Positions 26,804-28,750 of a stretch of DNA of 28,750 nt are shown here, piece after piece. The position numbers were made by a program, and so were the translations under genes. A model generated the notes under the pieces. It saw only the letters and a list, made by a program, of their open reading frames with translations. It ran no database searches and was not told the DNA's origin. Every line of letters starts with the position of its first letter. Position 1 is the first letter of the stretch. Origin of the DNA: an uncultured Chloroflexota bacterium (GTDB taxonomy: Bacteria > Chloroflexota > Dehalococcoidia > UBA2247 > RBG-13-53-26). Location: positions 1 to 28,750 of the forward strand of contig CALMBS010000036.1 of assembly GCA_937860285.1 (NCBI GenBank), given 5' to 3'.

Positions 26804-27737
26804 GGCTCACCCCCTGCAGCTTAGCAATAACATTGATGGCAGCGGGAATCACCTCGCAGGCAGCCGGCAGCGTGCCCACCAGGTCCCCGTCCATCTCCAG
26901 CAGCACCCTCTCGTCGCTCTCCACCAGTACCCTCCGTCCACGGCAGTGACTCACCTTGGGATGGTCCAGGTGGGCGCCACGGCGCAGCTTCGGGACGTTC
27001 CAGACGGCCTCCAGGGTGCCGAAGTCTCCTATGTTGACGATGTCAAACAGGCCGTCATCCAGGATGGCCTCCGGTGCGGCCAGGAATCCGCGCCCGAAGT
27101 AGCGGCCGTTGGCCACGATGGTGTTCCTGATGGCCATCTCCATGGGCTGGCCCCCGTCCACCGCGATCCTGACCTTCCGGGCCCGGTAGAAGAGGGCCGC
27201 CGCCATTATGCCCCAGACGTAGTTGGGCCGGCGGCCGAGCACCGCCGGGGCCCGCTCCGCCTTCTCTACCACCAGGCCGCCGGCGCCCACATCCGTCATG
27301 TTCATGAACAGACGGGTACGCGGCCGCCCCTCCAGGTCCGTGAAGTCCACCCGGCCCACATCCATCTTCACCAGGCGGTGAGGTGAATGGGGATGGAGCG
27401 CCGGAGAGCTGTCGGCCGTAATGCCCAGCGTCCGGGCCAGATCACAGCCGGAGCCCAGGGGCACGATGCCCAGGGCGACGCTTCCGTCAAGTGGTACCCC
27501 GTCCTCAAACAGGCCATTCAGCACCTCATTGACCGTGCCGTCCCCCCCTACCGCCACCAGCCGGCGGCATCCCTGGTCAACGGCCTCCCGCGCCAGCCGC
27601 GTCGCCTCGCCGTAGCGGGTGGTCATCCGGACGTCGTCCGGACGGTGTCCGGCCCCTGCTATGTGGCCCAGGACCCTCCGCCATCGCCCCCCGTGCCGGT
27701 CCGCCGCCACGGAGTTCACTATGAAAGCAGTGGTCAC
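26784..27737 (-). CDS. Diacylglycerol-kinase-family (YegS/DagK-like) lipid kinase
   Basis: VGGDGTVNEV, PLGSGCDLAR, DVGRV, ANGRYFG, DDGLFD, MDGD. Confidence 0.93.
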   Translation of the reverse strand: MTTAFIVNSVAADRHGGRWRRVLGHIAGAGHRPDDVRMTTRYGEATRLAREAVDQGCRRLVAVGGDGTVNEVLNGLFEDGVPLDGSVALGIVPLGSGCDLARTLGITADSSPALHPHSPHRLVKMDVGRVDFTDLEGRPRTRLFMNMTDVGAGGLVVEKAERAPAVLGRRPNYVWGIMAAALFYRARKVRIAVDGGQPMEMAIRNTIVANGRYFGRGFLAAPEAILDDGLFDIVNIGDFGTLEAVWNVPKLRRGAHLDHPKVSHCRGRRVLVESDERVLLEMDGDLVGTLPAACEVIPAAINVIAKLQGVSHGRPAC

Positions 27738-27817
27738 GTCCAGTCCATCTCCTTGTGGTATGGATCCCCGTGCTGGTTGGATGCCCGGCGGGCCGGGATG
27801 GGCTTGGCTTGCCGCCG

Positions 27818-27846
27818 ATTCTAGGTGGCGGGCCGGTGGTTGTCAA
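27818..27846 (-). promoter_or_regulatory. Near-consensus sigma70 promoter for the lipid kinase operon
   Basis: TTGACA (27841-27846)-17 nt-TAGAAT (27818-27823). Confidence 0.75.
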
Positions 27847-28042
27847 GGCACTGGCGGGCATGCCGATCCCGGGGCTCGAAGTCCGCGTCTGGCAGGGCTG
27901 GAAGGGGAAACGGCGACCAAGTGCTGCGGGGGCAGGGCCTAACACCACTGCATCCGCAGCCTGGTCAACGGTAGAGCTACTCCAATCAGCGCCGGATCAG
28001 GATAGACCCCCCGGGGTCATCGCGCCTGGCACAACCACCTGC

Positions 28043-28750
28043 CTAGCGGCCAACGATGTTGATGCTGACCACGTTCCTGAGGGGGACTCCTCCCAGGTTG
28101 TGCGTCAGACCGAACTTGGGGTTCTTGACCTGCCTCGGGCCGGCCTTGCCCTGAAGCTGCTTGTACATCTCGTACATCATCCGCAGCCCGGAGGCACCTA
28201 TGGGATGGCCAAAGCATTTCAGTCCGCCATCGGTCTGGCACGGGATCTGCCCCGTCAGCTCAAAGAACCCGCCGTCGATGTCCTCCTTGGCCCTGCCCCT
28301 CGGCGAAATGCCCAGGTCCTCGTACGTCACCAGCTCCGTGATGGAGAAGCAGTCATGCACTTCCATCATGCTGATCTCTTCCCGCGGGTTCTTTATGCCG
28401 GCCTCCTGGTAGGCCCTGGGCGCCGCCCGGCTGGTGGACTCAACATGCAGCATGTCGTACTTGGTATAGGACAGCTCCTCCCCGGAGCTGGCGGCGATCT
28501 GCGACGACTTTATGAAGACGGGGTCATCCCGGAACTTCCGGGCCATGTCGGCCCGGCACACGATGGCCGCAGCCGAACCATCGCTGACGCCGCAGCAGTC
28601 AAAGAGGCCCAGGGGCCAGGAGATGATGGGCGCCGACGCGGCCTGCTCCACGGTCACCTCTCGCCGCAGGTGCGCCTTCTCGCACATGGCGCCATTGTGG
28701 TGGCTCTTCACCGAGATCTTGGCCAGGGTCCTCTTGCCCTCTTCGGGAGT
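28043..28750 (-). CDS. Thiolase-family protein, SCP2/HDCF type; 5' end outside the window
   Basis: Frame open to window edge; CCGVSDGSAA, EVHDCF, DGGLKCFGHPIGASG, THNLGG. Confidence 0.92.
   Translation of the reverse strand, partial: TPEEGKRTLAKISVKSHHNGAMCEKAHLRREVTVEQAASAPIISWPLGLFDCCGVSDGSAAAIVCRADMARKFRDDPVFIKSSQIAASSGEELSYTKYDMLHVESTSRAAPRAYQEAGIKNPREEISMMEVHDCFSITELVTYEDLGISPRGRAKEDIDGGFFELTGQIPCQTDGGLKCFGHPIGASGLRMMYEMYKQLQGKAGPRQVKNPKFGLTHNLGGVPLRNVVSINIVGR

Noticed and set aside
27847-28042. ~200-nt spacer after the thiolase, checked for tRNA or ncRNA
   Set aside because: No cloverleaf or T-loop and no recognisable RNA signature.

Overview
High-GC (~65% by spot counts) bacterial chromosomal segment. 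The gene families (DUF1616, TIGR04076, small Cys-rich hypotheticals, MarR/PAS-kinase/LuxR module) suggest Chloroflexota, probably Dehalococcoidia-like; this is inference and no search was run. Contents: groES-groEL followed by YkgJ-like and FmdB genes; a divergent GAF-PAS kinase with an OmpR-family regulator; a CHASE4 kinase with a REC-PAS-HD-GYP protein; mobA; an alpha-glucan phosphorylase; an MBL hydrolase with a Mut7-C RNase; a DUF1616 protein and small membrane or Cys-rich genes; an alpha/beta hydrolase; an ArfB-like factor; a B12 radical SAM-PPC-class II aldolase cluster; a lower-GC islet with two Cys-rich ORFs; MarR, a 3xPAS kinase and a NarL-type regulator; a lipid kinase-aminopeptidase-TIGR04076 operon; and a 5'-truncated thiolase. 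No rRNA, tRNA, CRISPR array, IS or integrase was seen. The best leads are non-coding: (i) groESL has no CIRCE but carries four 8-mers at exact 11-bp phasing, shared with the adjacent OmpR-type system whose kinase has a 4-Cys PAS domain; (ii) a 38-bp hairpin-forming tandem repeat and a ~100-nt folded element hiding an SD and an 18-aa ORF; (iii) a G8 tract that could fuse two Cys-rich ORFs; (iv) an apparent ATC start codon.
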